Part shown: piece by piece, positions 63,276 through 64,000 of the stretch
How the letters are laid out: each line of letters begins with the position of its first letter
How positions within the stretch are numbered: the stretch's first letter is position 1
Origin: the human T2T-CHM13v2.0 reference genome, Homo sapiens
Length of the DNA: 64,000 bases
Reading direction: 5' to 3' (one strand)
Assembly (NCBI RefSeq): GCF_009914755.1
Contig: NC_060927.1
The notes under the pieces: model-generated
What the model was told of the DNA's origin: nothing
Seen by the model: only the letters and a program-made list of their open reading frames with translations
Databases searched by the model: none
Position numbers and translations under genes: made by a program

Positions 63276-64000
63276 CATCAAGACATGTATAATAACATTT
63301 GTGACCTGCCTTGTTATTTTAACACTTCGGGCCTTACTTAGAAAATGATACATGTGACAACTGGAATCTAGAAGTGGACCTATATTGGGTGCAGCTGGGA
63401 CTAGGACAATTACTGGGAGCTGATGGGAAAATGAAGGGAAAACTCCAAAATTGACTATTTTTATTTCCTGTGGTTAGGGTAATTCTTAATTTTTAGAGCA
63501 GTTGATACCATTTTTTGGATGATCATTTGTAGAGGAGATGGATCTTCTGAAGTATTATGATCATGGGAAATAAATCAAGGCTTAGCAAACTGTATTTCCT
63601 TGGGGGTAAATAAGTCAAAGGCCAATTTAGATCTTAAATCGCCTAAGACATTTCATCCAATGAGAGCCAACTGCAGGAATTTAAGAGTCCAAAGACACTG
63701 TAGGAAATTACCACTGCAAACATGTCCCCAGGACTCTTAAAGGCTTCTGCAGAAAGCTCATTAACTCTGTTTTTAATGTTTCAAATACTCTCTCATCCAA
63801 GAATAAATCAGATAGAATTCAACTCATGCCAAACACAGGGTGCCTGAGCTAGCTAATTGTGCCTAAAGCCTCAGGGGAACTTGGTAAATATTAAGCAATC
63901 CACTGGAGCTGGAGCTTTCAGTGGGTCAAAGTGCTTAGTCCACAACACATTCATTTGTATGGTGTTTGGCTAAACCAAAACGTGAAGCTCAAGGGATAGA

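Overview
AT-rich, CpG-depleted human genomic DNA; a human-specific AluYb8 at 30455-30756 fixes the species. A large share is recognisable interspersed repeat: about 9 Alus, old L1M fragments including a ~4.8 kb decayed L1, L2, MIR, L3/CR1, MaLR/ERVL solo LTRs and many hAT MITEs (MER5, MER20, MER33, MER91). I find no credible protein-coding exon, pseudogene, structural RNA gene or CpG island. The ORF track is explained by repeats, low-complexity DNA and chance. The window looks intergenic or deep-intronic, with a few candidate non-coding exons and candidate cis-elements. I cannot name the locus and see no convincing new multi-gene system. The best leads are: a TATA+Inr core-promoter candidate whose start site sits inside a perfect 22-bp palindrome; a very old L1 with twin-priming-like 5' inversion geometry; a CpG-retaining cluster of paired bZIP/HIF-type motifs next to splice donors; a perfect RBPJ/E-box palindrome; an LTR-less MaLR internal sequence; an L2 with an apparent long TSD; and a young, possibly polymorphic AluYb8. 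Repeat subfamily names come from recalled consensus sequences, and most boundaries are approximate.
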